Assembly (NCBI GenBank): GCA_963762315.1 | Contig: CAVXKO010000004.1 | Span: forward strand, 1,305,707-1,369,706 | Source of the DNA: an uncultured Gammaproteobacteria bacterium | Lineage (GTDB): Bacteria > Pseudomonadota > Gammaproteobacteria > Steroidobacterales > Steroidobacteraceae | Direction of reading: 5' to 3' | DNA length: 64,000 bases | In this document: positions 47,205 through 56,975 of the stretch, in pieces | Layout of the letters: each line of letters starts with the position of its first letter | Numbering within the stretch: the first letter of the stretch is position 1 | Program-made: the position numbers and the translations under genes | Notes under the pieces: generated by a model | The model's input: only the letters and a program-made list of their open reading frames with translations | The model's database searches: none | What the model was told of the DNA's origin: nothing

Positions 47205-47981
47205 ATGGAGATCAGGGATTTTGCGATGGACTTCTTCTCGCTCGCGGGCAAGAAGGCCATCGTCACGGGCGGCAACACCGGGCTCGGCCAGGCATTCACG
47301 CTGGCCCTCGCGAAAGCGGGCGCCGACGTGTTCGTGCCGAGCGTCATGGACGACGACGGCAAGACCGGGCCGCTCGTCGCGGAGACGGGACGCCGCTACG
47401 AGTACTTGAAGACCGACATCACGAAGCCCGGCGCGGCGGCCAGCGTGATCGACGAGTGCGTGAAGCGCTTCGGCAGCGTCGACATCCTCGTCAACAGCGC
47501 AGGCATCTGCCCGCTCGCCGAAGTCCTCGACTTCGGGCGGCCGCAATGGGACGCGACGGTTGCCGTGAATCTCACGGCCGCGTTCGAGCTCAGCTACGAA
47601 GCCGCGAAGAAGATGATTCCGCAGCAGAGCGGCAAGATCATCAACATCTGCTCGCTGTTTTCCTTCCTCGGCGGCCGCTGGTCGTCGGCCTATGCGGCGA
47701 CCAAGCACGGCCTCGCCGGCTTCACCAAGGCGTACTGCGACGAGCTCGCGATGCACAACATCCAGGTGAACGGCATCGCGCCCGGGTACTACGCGACCGA
47801 GATCACCCGCCAGACGCGCAGCAACCCGGAGACGAACCAGCGCGTGCTCGACCACATCCCGGCCGAGCGCTGGGGCGAGCCGGTCGACCTGATGGGAGCG
47901 CTCGTGTTCCTCGCGAGCCGTGCGTCGAACTACGTCAACGGCCACCTGCTCGTCGTCGACGGTGGCTATCTCGTTCGCTGA
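47205..47981 (+). CDS. SDR-family oxidoreductase (KduD / 2-deoxy-D-gluconate 3-dehydrogenase-like)
   Basis: AIVTGGNTGLGQA (TGxxxGxG), NSAG, and catalytic SSAYAATKHG (YxxxK). 258 aa. Confidence 0.85.
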   Translation: MEIRDFAMDFFSLAGKKAIVTGGNTGLGQAFTLALAKAGADVFVPSVMDDDGKTGPLVAETGRRYEYLKTDITKPGAAASVIDECVKRFGSVDILVNSAGICPLAEVLDFGRPQWDATVAVNLTAAFELSYEAAKKMIPQQSGKIINICSLFSFLGGRWSSAYAATKHGLAGFTKAYCDELAMHNIQVNGIAPGYYATEITRQTRSNPETNQRVLDHIPAERWGEPVDLMGALVFLASRASNYVNGHLLVVDGGYLVR

Positions 47982-47996
47982 GGCACGCATCCACGC

Positions 47997-49431
47997 ATGT
48001 CCGGCCGCTATCTCATCGGAATCGACAACGGCTCGCAGAGCACGAAGGTCGTCATCTACGACCTCGCCGGCAATCCCGTGGCGGAGGGTCGCCAGGTGCT
48101 GCGTCCGGCCCACCGGCCGCGGCCCGGCATCGTGCAGCATCCGGACGACGATCTCTGGGACTCGATCGTCGTCGCGAGCCGGCAGGCGCTGGCGAATTTC
48201 AAGGGCGATCCGCGCGAGATCGTCGGCGTCGGCCTCTGCACGATCCGCTGCTGCAAGGCGTTCCTGAAAGCCGACGGTTCGCTCGTCGAGCCGGTGATGA
48301 GCTGGATGGACTCGCGCGCGTACCAGCCGTGGCTGCCGGACGATCCGTCGCTGGCCTATGCGACCACTTCGTCGGGCTACATCACCCATCGCTTTACAGG
48401 CCAGTTCCGCGACACCGCGGCCAACAGCATCCTGCTGCAGTGGCCGATCGATACCGACGCCTGGCAGTGGAGCCGGGATCCGGCGCTGTTGAAGCAGTTC
48501 AATCTGCGCCGCGAGCAATTGTTCGAACTGGTCATGCCGGGCGCGATCGTCGGTCACGTCACCGCCGACGCATCCAGGGCCACCGGCATACCCGAAGGGC
48601 TGCCCGTCGTCGCCACGGCGAACGACAAGGCCGTCGAAGCGCTCGGCTCCGGCTCGCTCGACGAGCGCACTGCCCTGATCTCGCTCGGCACGTACATCGC
48701 CTCGATGGTGCACGGCCGCGAGAACCGGCAGGACGCGCAGCATTTCTGGACCAACTTCGGCTGCATCCCCGGCAAGTACCTCTACGAGAGCCACGGCATC
48801 CGCCGCGGCATGTGGACGCTGACGTGGTTCATGGATCTGCTCGGCCCGGAGTTCGCTGCGGCTGCTGCAGCGAACGGCGTGACGCGCGAGCACGTGCTCG
48901 AGCAGGAAGCGGCCACGGTCCATGCCGGCAGCGACGGCCTGATGACGGTGCTCGACTGGCTTGCGCCGACGGACAAGCCGTTCCGCAAGGGCCTCATGCT
49001 TGGGTTCGATGCCCGCCAGACGCGCGGCCACATCTATCGCTCCATCCTCGAAGCCATCGCGCTCACGATGAAGGACAACGTCGACGCGATGTGCCAGGGA
49101 ACTCGGGACCTCGCTGCAGGAAGTGGTGATCTCGGGAGGCGGCGCGCAGAGCCCGCTCTTCATGCAGATCTTCGCCGACGTCTTCGGCATCCCGACTTCA
49201 CGCGCCGTGGGGCCAAGCGGCGCCAGCCTTGGAGCCGCCGTCTGTGCTGCGGTCGCGACGGGCCTCTATCCTGACTTTGCGACGGCCGTGGCGACGATGG
49301 AAAAGCCGCGCCAGTCGTTCGCGCCGAACGCCGCGAACACCGAAACTTACCGTCGCATGAACACGGGCTACCGGACCATCCGCGACGCGACGGATCCGGT
49401 GCTCGAACGTTCCTTCGCCCTCTTCCACTGA
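47997..49431 (+). pseudogene. FGGY-family carbohydrate kinase (xylulokinase-like), one frameshift near 49098
   Basis: N-terminus YLIGIDNGSQSTKVVIYD. After ...KDNVDAMCQ the frame shifts, and ELGTSLQEVVISGGGAQSPLFMQIFADVFG (FGGY_C motif) continues in the next frame. Length is 3n+1. Confidence 0.75.
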
Positions 49432-49467
49432 CTCCGGCTCACGCCGCGACTTGAAAAGGATCGCACC

Positions 49468-50907
49468 ATGCCCTTGAGCAGAACCGCCATCGTCCAGGGA
49501 CTCCAGAAGATCGTCGGTCCCGCGAACGTCATCACGGACGAGCAGGAACTGAAGCAGAGCAGCATCGACCGCCTGCACCTGTACGAGGACGTGCACGGCG
49601 TGTTCACGCAGCCGTTGCCGGCCGCCGTCGTCATGGCGCGCAGCACGCAGCACGTGGTCGACGTGCTGAAGATGGCGAACGAGCATCGTATCAACGTCGT
49701 GGCGCGGACCGGCCGCACCGCTACCGAGGGCGGGCTGCAGACGATCGTGCCCGACTCGATCGTGCTCGACGGCTCGGGCATGAACAAGATCCTCAAGATC
49801 GACGCCTACAACATGCAGGCCACCGCGCAGTGCGGCGTGTGCCTGCAGACGCTCGAGGACGAGGTGCGCAAGCACGGCGTCACGACCGGCCATTCGCCGC
49901 AGTCGAAGCCGATCGCGCAGATGGGCGGCCTCGTGGCGACCCGCAGCATCGGCCAGTTCTCGACGCTGTACGGCGGCATCGAGGACATGGTCGTCGGCTG
50001 CGAGGCCGTGTTCCCCGACGGCACCATCACCCGCATCAAGAATGTGCCGCGCCGCGCGGTCGGCCCGGACATCCGCCACGTGGTGATCGGCAACGAAGGC
50101 GCGCTCTGCTACATCACGGAAGTGACGGTGAAACTCTTCCCGTACCTGCCGAAGAACAACACCTTCGTCGGCTGGACGCTCAAGAACATGCGCACCGGCT
50201 TCGAGGCCCTGCGCGAAGTGATGGTTGGCGGCTACAAGCCGTCCGTCGCCCGGCTCTACGATCCGCCGGACGGCGCCTTCCACTTCTCGAAATTCGCCGC
50301 CAAGGACGACTGCGTGCTGCTGTTCATGGCCGAAGGTCCGGCCGGCGTCGTGAAGGCGACGATCGAGGGCATCAAGGAACTGGTCGCGAAATTCCCGGAG
50401 TGCAGACCGGTGGATCCGCACCATCTCGAAGAGTGGTTCGCCGACCTCAACTGGGGGGCGGACAAGATTGCCAACGAGCGCAAGGAAATCGTTGCAACCA
50501 AGACGATGGGCCGCACGACGGAAGTGTCGGCCGACTGGAGCACGATCTGCGACATCTACGAGAACGCGTTGAAGCGCCTCAAGGTCGACGTGCCGGACAT
50601 CACCGTGGCGGGCGGGCATTCCTCGCACAGCTACGTCAACGGCACCAACATGTACTTCATCTACTACTACAACGTGAACTGCCCGCCGGAGCAGGAAGTC
50701 ACGAAGTACCGGCGCGAGATCAATCGCGTGATCTGCGAGGAGACGCTGAAGCTTGGCGGGTCGGTGGTGCACCACCATGGCATGGGCAAGGCGCGCACGC
50801 CGTGGGTGAAGGAAGAGTACGGCTCGTCGTACTACATCCTCGAGCGCCTGAAGCGGGCGTTCGACCCGAACGACGTCATGAACAAGGCCACGATCATTCC
50901 GGACTGA
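49468..50907 (+). CDS. FAD-linked oxidase (PCMH-type FAD-binding domain; GlcD / alkyl-DHAP-synthase-like)
   Basis: 479 aa. INVVARTGRTATEGG and ...GGSVVHHHGMGKAR (C-terminal HHHG motif typical of FAD-linked oxidases). Confidence 0.75.
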   Translation: MPLSRTAIVQGLQKIVGPANVITDEQELKQSSIDRLHLYEDVHGVFTQPLPAAVVMARSTQHVVDVLKMANEHRINVVARTGRTATEGGLQTIVPDSIVLDGSGMNKILKIDAYNMQATAQCGVCLQTLEDEVRKHGVTTGHSPQSKPIAQMGGLVATRSIGQFSTLYGGIEDMVVGCEAVFPDGTITRIKNVPRRAVGPDIRHVVIGNEGALCYITEVTVKLFPYLPKNNTFVGWTLKNMRTGFEALREVMVGGYKPSVARLYDPPDGAFHFSKFAAKDDCVLLFMAEGPAGVVKATIEGIKELVAKFPECRPVDPHHLEEWFADLNWGADKIANERKEIVATKTMGRTTEVSADWSTICDIYENALKRLKVDVPDITVAGGHSSHSYVNGTNMYFIYYYNVNCPPEQEVTKYRREINRVICEETLKLGGSVVHHHGMGKARTPWVKEEYGSSYYILERLKRAFDPNDVMNKATIIPD

Positions 50908-50911
50908 CCTC

Positions 50912-52168
50912 GTGCCCAAGCGCTACTCGATCTTCAGCCTGCTCCGGGAAACCTTCAGCGGGCATCGCGGCTGGCAACCCGCGTGGCGAGACGCGGCGCC
51001 GAAGCCGAACTACGACGTGATCATCGTCGGCGGCGGTGGACATGGTCTCGCCACGGCGTACTACCTCGCGAAGAACCATGGCATCCGCAACGTTGCGGTG
51101 GTCGAGAAGGGCTACATCGGCAGCGGTAACGTCGGTCGCAACACCACGATCGTCCGTTCGAACTACCTGATGCCCGGCAATGTGCCGTTCTACGAGTGGT
51201 CTTTGAAGCTCTGGGAGGGGCTCGAGCAGGACATCAACTACAACGCGATGGTCAGCCAGCGCGGCGTCCTGAACCTGTTCCACAGCGATTCGCAGCGCGA
51301 CGCATTCGTGCGCCGCGGCAACTCGATGCGGCTGCATGGCGTCGATGGCGAGATCCTGGGCGTCGAGGAGATCCGCAAGCTCCTGCCGATGGCCGACTTC
51401 GACAACGCCCGCTTCCCGATCCGCGGCGGCCTGCTGCAACGTCGCGGCGGCACGGTGCGGCACGACGCGGTGGCCTGGGGCTTTGCGCGCGCCGCCAGCC
51501 AGCTCGGCGTGGACGTGATTCAGAACTGCGAAGTCACCGGCATAAAGCGCGAGAACGGCTCAGTGGTCGGCGTCGAAACCACGCGCGGCTTCATCGGAAG
51601 CCGTCGAGTCGGGCTTGCTTGCGCGGGCAATACGTCGCGCGTCGGCGCGATGGCGGGATTGCGGCTGCCGATCGAGAGCCACGTACTGCAGGCCTTCATC
51701 TCCGAGGGCCTCAAGCCGATCGTGCCCTGCGTCGTGACATTCGGCGCCGGGCACTTTTACATCAGCCAGTCCGACAAGGGTGGGCTCGTGTTCGGCGGCA
51801 GCATCGACATGTACAACTCGTACGCCCAGCGCGGCAACCTGCCGACCGTCGAGGACGTGTGCGAGGAAGGCGTCGCCCTGATGCCGTGCCTCAGCCGCGT
51901 GCGCGTGCTTCGCTCGTGGGGCGGCACCTGCGACATGTCGATGGACGGTTCGCCGATCATCGATCGCACGCCGGTGGACGGGCTTTACCTGAACGCCGGG
52001 TGGAATTATGGCGGCTTCAAGGCGACACCCGCGTCTGGTTGGTGCTTCGCGCACCTGATCGCGACCGACGAGCCGCACGCGGTCGGCGCCGCGTATCGGC
52101 TGGACCGTTTCGCCACCGGCAAACTCATCGACGAGCGTGGCGCCGGCGCGTCCCCGAACAAGCACTGA
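50912..52168 (+). CDS. soxB: Sarcosine oxidase beta subunit (operon 2), intact
   Basis: GTG start. [61 protein letters not shown]. 418 aa and collinear with the interrupted copy at 13478..14732. Confidence 0.9.
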   Translation: MPKRYSIFSLLRETFSGHRGWQPAWRDAAPKPNYDVIIVGGGGHGLATAYYLAKNHGIRNVAVVEKGYIGSGNVGRNTTIVRSNYLMPGNVPFYEWSLKLWEGLEQDINYNAMVSQRGVLNLFHSDSQRDAFVRRGNSMRLHGVDGEILGVEEIRKLLPMADFDNARFPIRGGLLQRRGGTVRHDAVAWGFARAASQLGVDVIQNCEVTGIKRENGSVVGVETTRGFIGSRRVGLACAGNTSRVGAMAGLRLPIESHVLQAFISEGLKPIVPCVVTFGAGHFYISQSDKGGLVFGGSIDMYNSYAQRGNLPTVEDVCEEGVALMPCLSRVRVLRSWGGTCDMSMDGSPIIDRTPVDGLYLNAGWNYGGFKATPASGWCFAHLIATDEPHAVGAAYRLDRFATGKLIDERGAGASPNKH

Positions 52169-52174
52169 GCGACC

Positions 52175-52462
52175 ATGCGTATCCCATGCCCATACTGCGG
52201 CCTGCGTAGCCACGACGAGTTCGTCTATTACGGCGACGCCACGCTGCGCAGGCCGGACGCGTCCGTGGCCGATGCCGAACGCGCGTTCTTCGAGTACGTC
52301 TACATCCGCGACAACCCGGCCGGCCCGCATCGCGAGCTGTGGTTCCACGCGGGCGGTTGCCACGAATGGCTGGTCGTCTCGCGCGACACCCGCACCCACG
52401 AGATCTCGGGAGCGGAGCCGGCGCGCGCATCGAATGCCGCTGCGGCGGGAGGCGTCCGATGA
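52175..52462 (+). CDS. soxD: Sarcosine oxidase delta subunit (operon 2)
   Basis: MRIPCPYCGLRSHDEFVYYGDA; 95 aa. Confidence 0.85.
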   Translation: MRIPCPYCGLRSHDEFVYYGDATLRRPDASVADAERAFFEYVYIRDNPAGPHRELWFHAGGCHEWLVVSRDTRTHEISGAEPARASNAAAAGGVR

Positions 52463-55441
52463 GCGCATCCGGCAACGATTCACGTCTTGCAGACGGCGGC
52501 CTCATCGATCGCCGGAAGCCGCTGCGCTTTCGCTTCGACGAACGCGAATTCCAGGGATTCGCGGGAGACACGCTGGCGTCCGCCTTGCTCGCCAATGGCG
52601 TGCGGCTCGTGGCTCGCTCGTTCAAGTATCACCGGCCGCGCGGCATCCTGAGTGCAGGTTCCGAGGAGCCGAACGCCCTGGTGGAACTGCGCGGCGGCCC
52701 GCGACGCGAGCCGAACACGCGCGCCACGGTCATCGAGTTGTACGACGGACTCGAAGCCACCAGTCAGAACCGCTGGCCTTCGCTCGAGTTCGACGTACAG
52801 GCAATCAACGGCTGGTTCGCGCCGCTGTTCGTCGCCGGCTTCTATTACAAGACTTTCATGTGGCCGGCGAAGTTCTGGGAAAAGGTTTATGAGCCGCTGA
52901 TCCGCCGCGCCGCCGGCCTGGGCCGCGCATCGCTGGAAGCGGATCCCGACCACTGCGACAAATGCTGGACGCACTGCGACGTGCTGGTGATCGGTGGCGG
53001 ACCCGCCGGCCTTTCGGCCGCGCTCGCCGCGGCTCGCTCCGGTGCCCGGGTGGTGATCGCCGATGAAGACTTCGTCCTCGGCGGCCGCTGCATCGCGGAC
53101 CGGCGCTCGATCGACGGCAAGCCCTCGGCGGCCTGGGCTGCCGAAGCAGTGGAGGAATTGCGCTCGATGCCGCACGTCCGCGTTCTCCGGCGCACGACGG
53201 TGTTCGGCACATTCGACGACGGAGTGTACGGCGCGGTCGAGAAAGTCAACGATCACCTGCCCGTTCCGCCGGCGTTCGAGCCCCGCCAACGCCTCTGGCG
53301 CATCGTCGCGAAGCAGGCCGTGCTCGCGTCGGGATCGATCGAACGTCCGCTGGTGTTCGGCAACAACGACCTGCCGGGCGTCATGCTGGCCGGCGCGGTG
53401 CGCGCGTACGTGAATCGATACGCAGCGTGCCCGGGAAGGCGCGCCGTCGTCTTCACCGACAACGACGACGGCTGGACCACGGCCCGCGACCTCGTCGCTG
53501 CCGGCGTCGCAGTCGCTGCGGTCGTCGATCCGCGTGAGGAAGCCGTCGTCGCCGCGCTTGCCCGCCAGATCCCGGACGTCGAGGCCATTTCCGGCGAGAT
53601 CACCGGGGCCCGCGGCGGACGCGCCGTACAGGCGCGTCGAGGTGACCCATCGCAAGGGGTCGTCGCGTCGCATCGATTGCGACCTCGTCGCCGTCTCAGG
53701 CGGCTGGTCGCCGACGCTGCATCTCACGTCGCACCGCGGGCAGCGCCCGCGCTGGGACGAAGCGCGCTCGATTTTCGTGCCCGGGCAGCTGCCGGCAGGT
53801 ATGCACGTGGCCGGCGCGGCCAATGGGGATTTCACGCTGCGCGAGGCCTTGCAGCACGGGCAGCGGCTCGGACTCGAGTCGGCTGCGGCGGCGGGCTTCA
53901 AGGGATTGCCGTCGGCAGCACGCCAGGTCGATGACGAATCGACACGGCGCGAGCCCCTGTGGCGCGTCCGAAACCCCAGGGGCAAATGCTTCGTCGACCT
54001 GCAGAGCGACGTGACGGACTCGGACGTGGAACTGGCGGAGCGCGAGGGTTTCCGCTCGGTGGAGCTCCTTAAGCGCTACACGACGCTCGGCATGGCCACG
54101 GACCAGGGCAAGACCTCGAACGTCACGGCGATCGCGTTGATGGCCCGGCAGACGTCCCGTTCGATCACTGACACGGGCGTTACGACCTTCCGCCCGCCCT
54201 ACACGCCCGTTGCCCTGGGCGCGCTGGCCGGCCATCACCGCGGCAAGGACTTCCGTCCGACGCGGCTGCCGCCCTCCCACGCCTGGGCGAAGGAACAGGG
54301 GGCGGTATTCATCGAGGCCGGACCCTGGCTACGCGCGCAATGGTTCCCGCGCCCGGGTGAGTCCGGTTGGATGGAGCCCACGTGCCGTGAAGTGCGCGCC
54401 ACGCGCACGTCCGTGGGCATCTGCGACGTCTCGACGCTCGGCAAGATCGACGTGCAGGGACCCGACGCCGCAAGGTTTCTCGATCGCATCTATGCCAATG
54501 GCTACGCGTCGCTGGCGGTCGGCCGCGTGCGCTACGGCATCATGCTGCGCGAAGACGGCTTCGTGATGGACGACGGCACGGCCGCAAGGCTCAGTGAGCA
54601 GCGCTTCCTGATCACGACCACGACTGCCAATGCGGTGGCCGTCTACCAGCACATGCACTTCTGTCACCAGGTGCTGTGGCCGGAACTCGACGTGCAGTTC
54701 GTGTCGGTGACGGACCAATGGGCGCAGTTCTCGGTGGCGGGTCCGCGTTCGCGGGATCTGCTGCAGCGGGTCCTCGACCCACGCTCCGACATCGGCAACG
54801 AGGCGTTCCCCTACATGGCTTGCGGCCACGTGACCCTGGCCGATGGCGAGCCGGCGCGGCTGTTCCGCATCTCGTTCTCCGGGGAACTGGCCTACGAAAT
54901 CGCCGTGCCCGCCAAACGAGGTGACGCGCTGATCCGCAAGCTCTTCGCAGCCGGCGCCGATCTTGGCGTGACGCCCTACGGGCTCGAGGCACTCAACGTG
55001 ATGCGCATCGAGAAGGGGCACTGCACCGGCAACGAGTTGAACGGCCAGACGACGGCGTTCGACCTCGGGCTGGGCCGCATGGCTTCCACGCAGAAGGACT
55101 ACATCGGCTCCGTGATGGCGCGCCGTCCCGTCCTCCTCGATCCGGACCGGCCGAGACTGGTGGGCATTCGAACGGTGGATCCGAACGCGAAGCTTTGCGG
55201 CGGCATGCACTTTTTGGCGCAGGGCGCGGACCGCAAGGCTGCCAACGACCTGGGACACGTGTCCTCGGTCGGATACTCGCCCATCCTCAAACAGTGGATC
55301 GGCCTCGGCCTGCTGAAGCGGGGTCCGGAGCGCATCGGCGAGAAGCTGCTCGCGGTCGACCTGTTGCGCGGCGACGAGGCCCTGGTCGAAGTCTGCTCGC
55401 CCGTGTTCGTGGATCCCGAGGGAGCCCGCCTCCGTGTCTGA
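52459..55441 (+). pseudogene. soxA: Sarcosine oxidase alpha subunit (operon 2), one frameshift near 53634
   Basis: The ATG overlaps the soxD stop. FRFDEREFQGFAGDTLASALLANGVRLVARSFKYHRPRG ... EITGARGGRAVQA is in one frame. VEVTHRKGSSRRIDCDLVAVSGGWSPTLHL ... FSGELAYEIAVP to the stop at 55441 is in the next frame. Length is 3n+1. Confidence 0.85.
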
Positions 55442-56042
55442 TGCAGCCAGGATGGAATTCCGGCCCGGCCAGTTCGGGCGCAAGACGGGCGCTCCGGGTG
55501 TCTCGATCCGCGAGATCACCGGATTTGCGCTGGCCAGCGTGCTCGCACGGCGAGGACAGCGCGATGCGGCGGCGGACGCTGCCGAACGGGCCTTTGGCGT
55601 GCGCCTGCCGGATCGCCCCAAGGCCGTCACCGGCCGCGGCATGACATTCATCGGCACCGGACCGGGCCAGTGGCTCGCGCTCGCCGAGCCGCCGCAAGAC
55701 GGAATCGAAGCCTGGGTTTCGGGCGCGCTGGCCGGAGCCGTCTCGGTGTTCGAACAGAGCGACAGCCGCGTCATGCTGGAGTTGCGCGGCGACAAGGTGC
55801 GCGACATGCTCTCCAAGGGCGTGTCGGTCGACCTGCACCCTCGCGCCTTCAAGCCCGGCGACGCGGCGCTCACCACGGTCTCGCACCTGGCGGTGCAGAT
55901 CTGGCAGACCGACGCGGCCCCGGTGTACCGCCTGCTCGTTATCCGCACGTTTTTCGAAAGCTTCTGGAGTTGGCTCGCGTCGTCCGCGGCCGAATACGGA
56001 GCCGAGGTGCTCGAGCCGTCGCGGTATCCTGCCGCTGAGTAG
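55434..56042 (+). CDS. soxG: Sarcosine oxidase gamma subunit (operon 2)
   Basis: Position, size (202 aa from GTG 55434; alternative ATG 55452) and similarity of layout to the copy at 9659..10198. Confidence 0.8.
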   Translation: MSDAARMEFRPGQFGRKTGAPGVSIREITGFALASVLARRGQRDAAADAAERAFGVRLPDRPKAVTGRGMTFIGTGPGQWLALAEPPQDGIEAWVSGALAGAVSVFEQSDSRVMLELRGDKVRDMLSKGVSVDLHPRAFKPGDAALTTVSHLAVQIWQTDAAPVYRLLVIRTFFESFWSWLASSAAEYGAEVLEPSRYPAAE

Positions 56043-56082
56043 CGCCGCCCCGCGCGCAGGAGACCGAGGATTTCGAGGCCCC

Positions 56083-56946
56083 ATGCCCGAGGACGAGAAC
56101 CGCATCGAGCCGAGCCAGCGCGGCGTCCACGTGACGCGCGTCGGCGACGGGCAGGCGCAGGCTGCAAGCCCGGACTTCGTTGCCGTCGAGGAGCCGCTCG
56201 AAATCCGCATCGGACACTCCGAAGGCGGCCGTCCGAAACACCAGGCGGTGTCGATCACGATGCGCACGCCGGGGCACGATTTCGAGCTCGCCGCGGGATT
56301 CCTCTGCACGGAAGGCATCCTGAAATCCCGCGACCAGGTCGCCGGGATCGAGCACTGCGGCCATGGCCCGAGTCTCACGAACACGGTGCGCGTCGATCTC
56401 GTCGCGGGCGTCGCCGTGGACGTGAAGCGACTCGAGCGGAACTTCTATACGACTTCGAGTTGCGGCGTTTGCGGCAAGACGTCGCTCGAAGCACTTGCGA
56501 CCGGCGCCACCCGGGTCGTCACCGCCCCCGGATTCCAGGTCGAAGCGCGCGTGATCCACAGCCTGCCTGCGAAGCTGCGCGAGCGGCAGCGTACGTTCGA
56601 ACACACCGGCGGCCTGCATGCCGCGGCGTTTTTTTCGCACACGGGCGAACTGCTCGGCCTGCGCGAGGACGTGGGTCGGCACAATGCGGTCGACAAGCTG
56701 ATCGGGTCGCAGTTTCTCGCGGGGACGCTGCCAGCGCGCGAAAGCATCCTCTTCCTGAGCGGTCGCGCGAGCTTCGAACTGCTGCAGAAAGCAGTGATGG
56801 CCGGCGTCGCGATCGTCTGCGCCGTGGGCGCGCCCTCGAGCCTGGCGGTCGAGGCGGCGAACGAATTCGGCGTGACCCTGCTCGGCTTCGTGCGCGACAA
56901 CCGCTTCAACATCTACTCGGGTGCGGACCGCGTCTCCGGCTTTTGA
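56083..56946 (+). CDS. fdhD: Formate dehydrogenase accessory sulfurtransferase FdhD
   Basis: VAVEEPLEIRI, RTPGHDFELAAGFLCTEGI, TSSCGVCGKTSLEAL, GGLHAAAF, and the SGRASFELLQKAVMAGVAIVCAVGAPSSLAV family pattern. Confidence 0.85.
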   Translation: MPEDENRIEPSQRGVHVTRVGDGQAQAASPDFVAVEEPLEIRIGHSEGGRPKHQAVSITMRTPGHDFELAAGFLCTEGILKSRDQVAGIEHCGHGPSLTNTVRVDLVAGVAVDVKRLERNFYTTSSCGVCGKTSLEALATGATRVVTAPGFQVEARVIHSLPAKLRERQRTFEHTGGLHAAAFFSHTGELLGLREDVGRHNAVDKLIGSQFLAGTLPARESILFLSGRASFELLQKAVMAGVAIVCAVGAPSSLAVEAANEFGVTLLGFVRDNRFNIYSGADRVSGF

Positions 56947-56975
56947 CCGGCCAACGCACCCAAAGGATTCCACCG

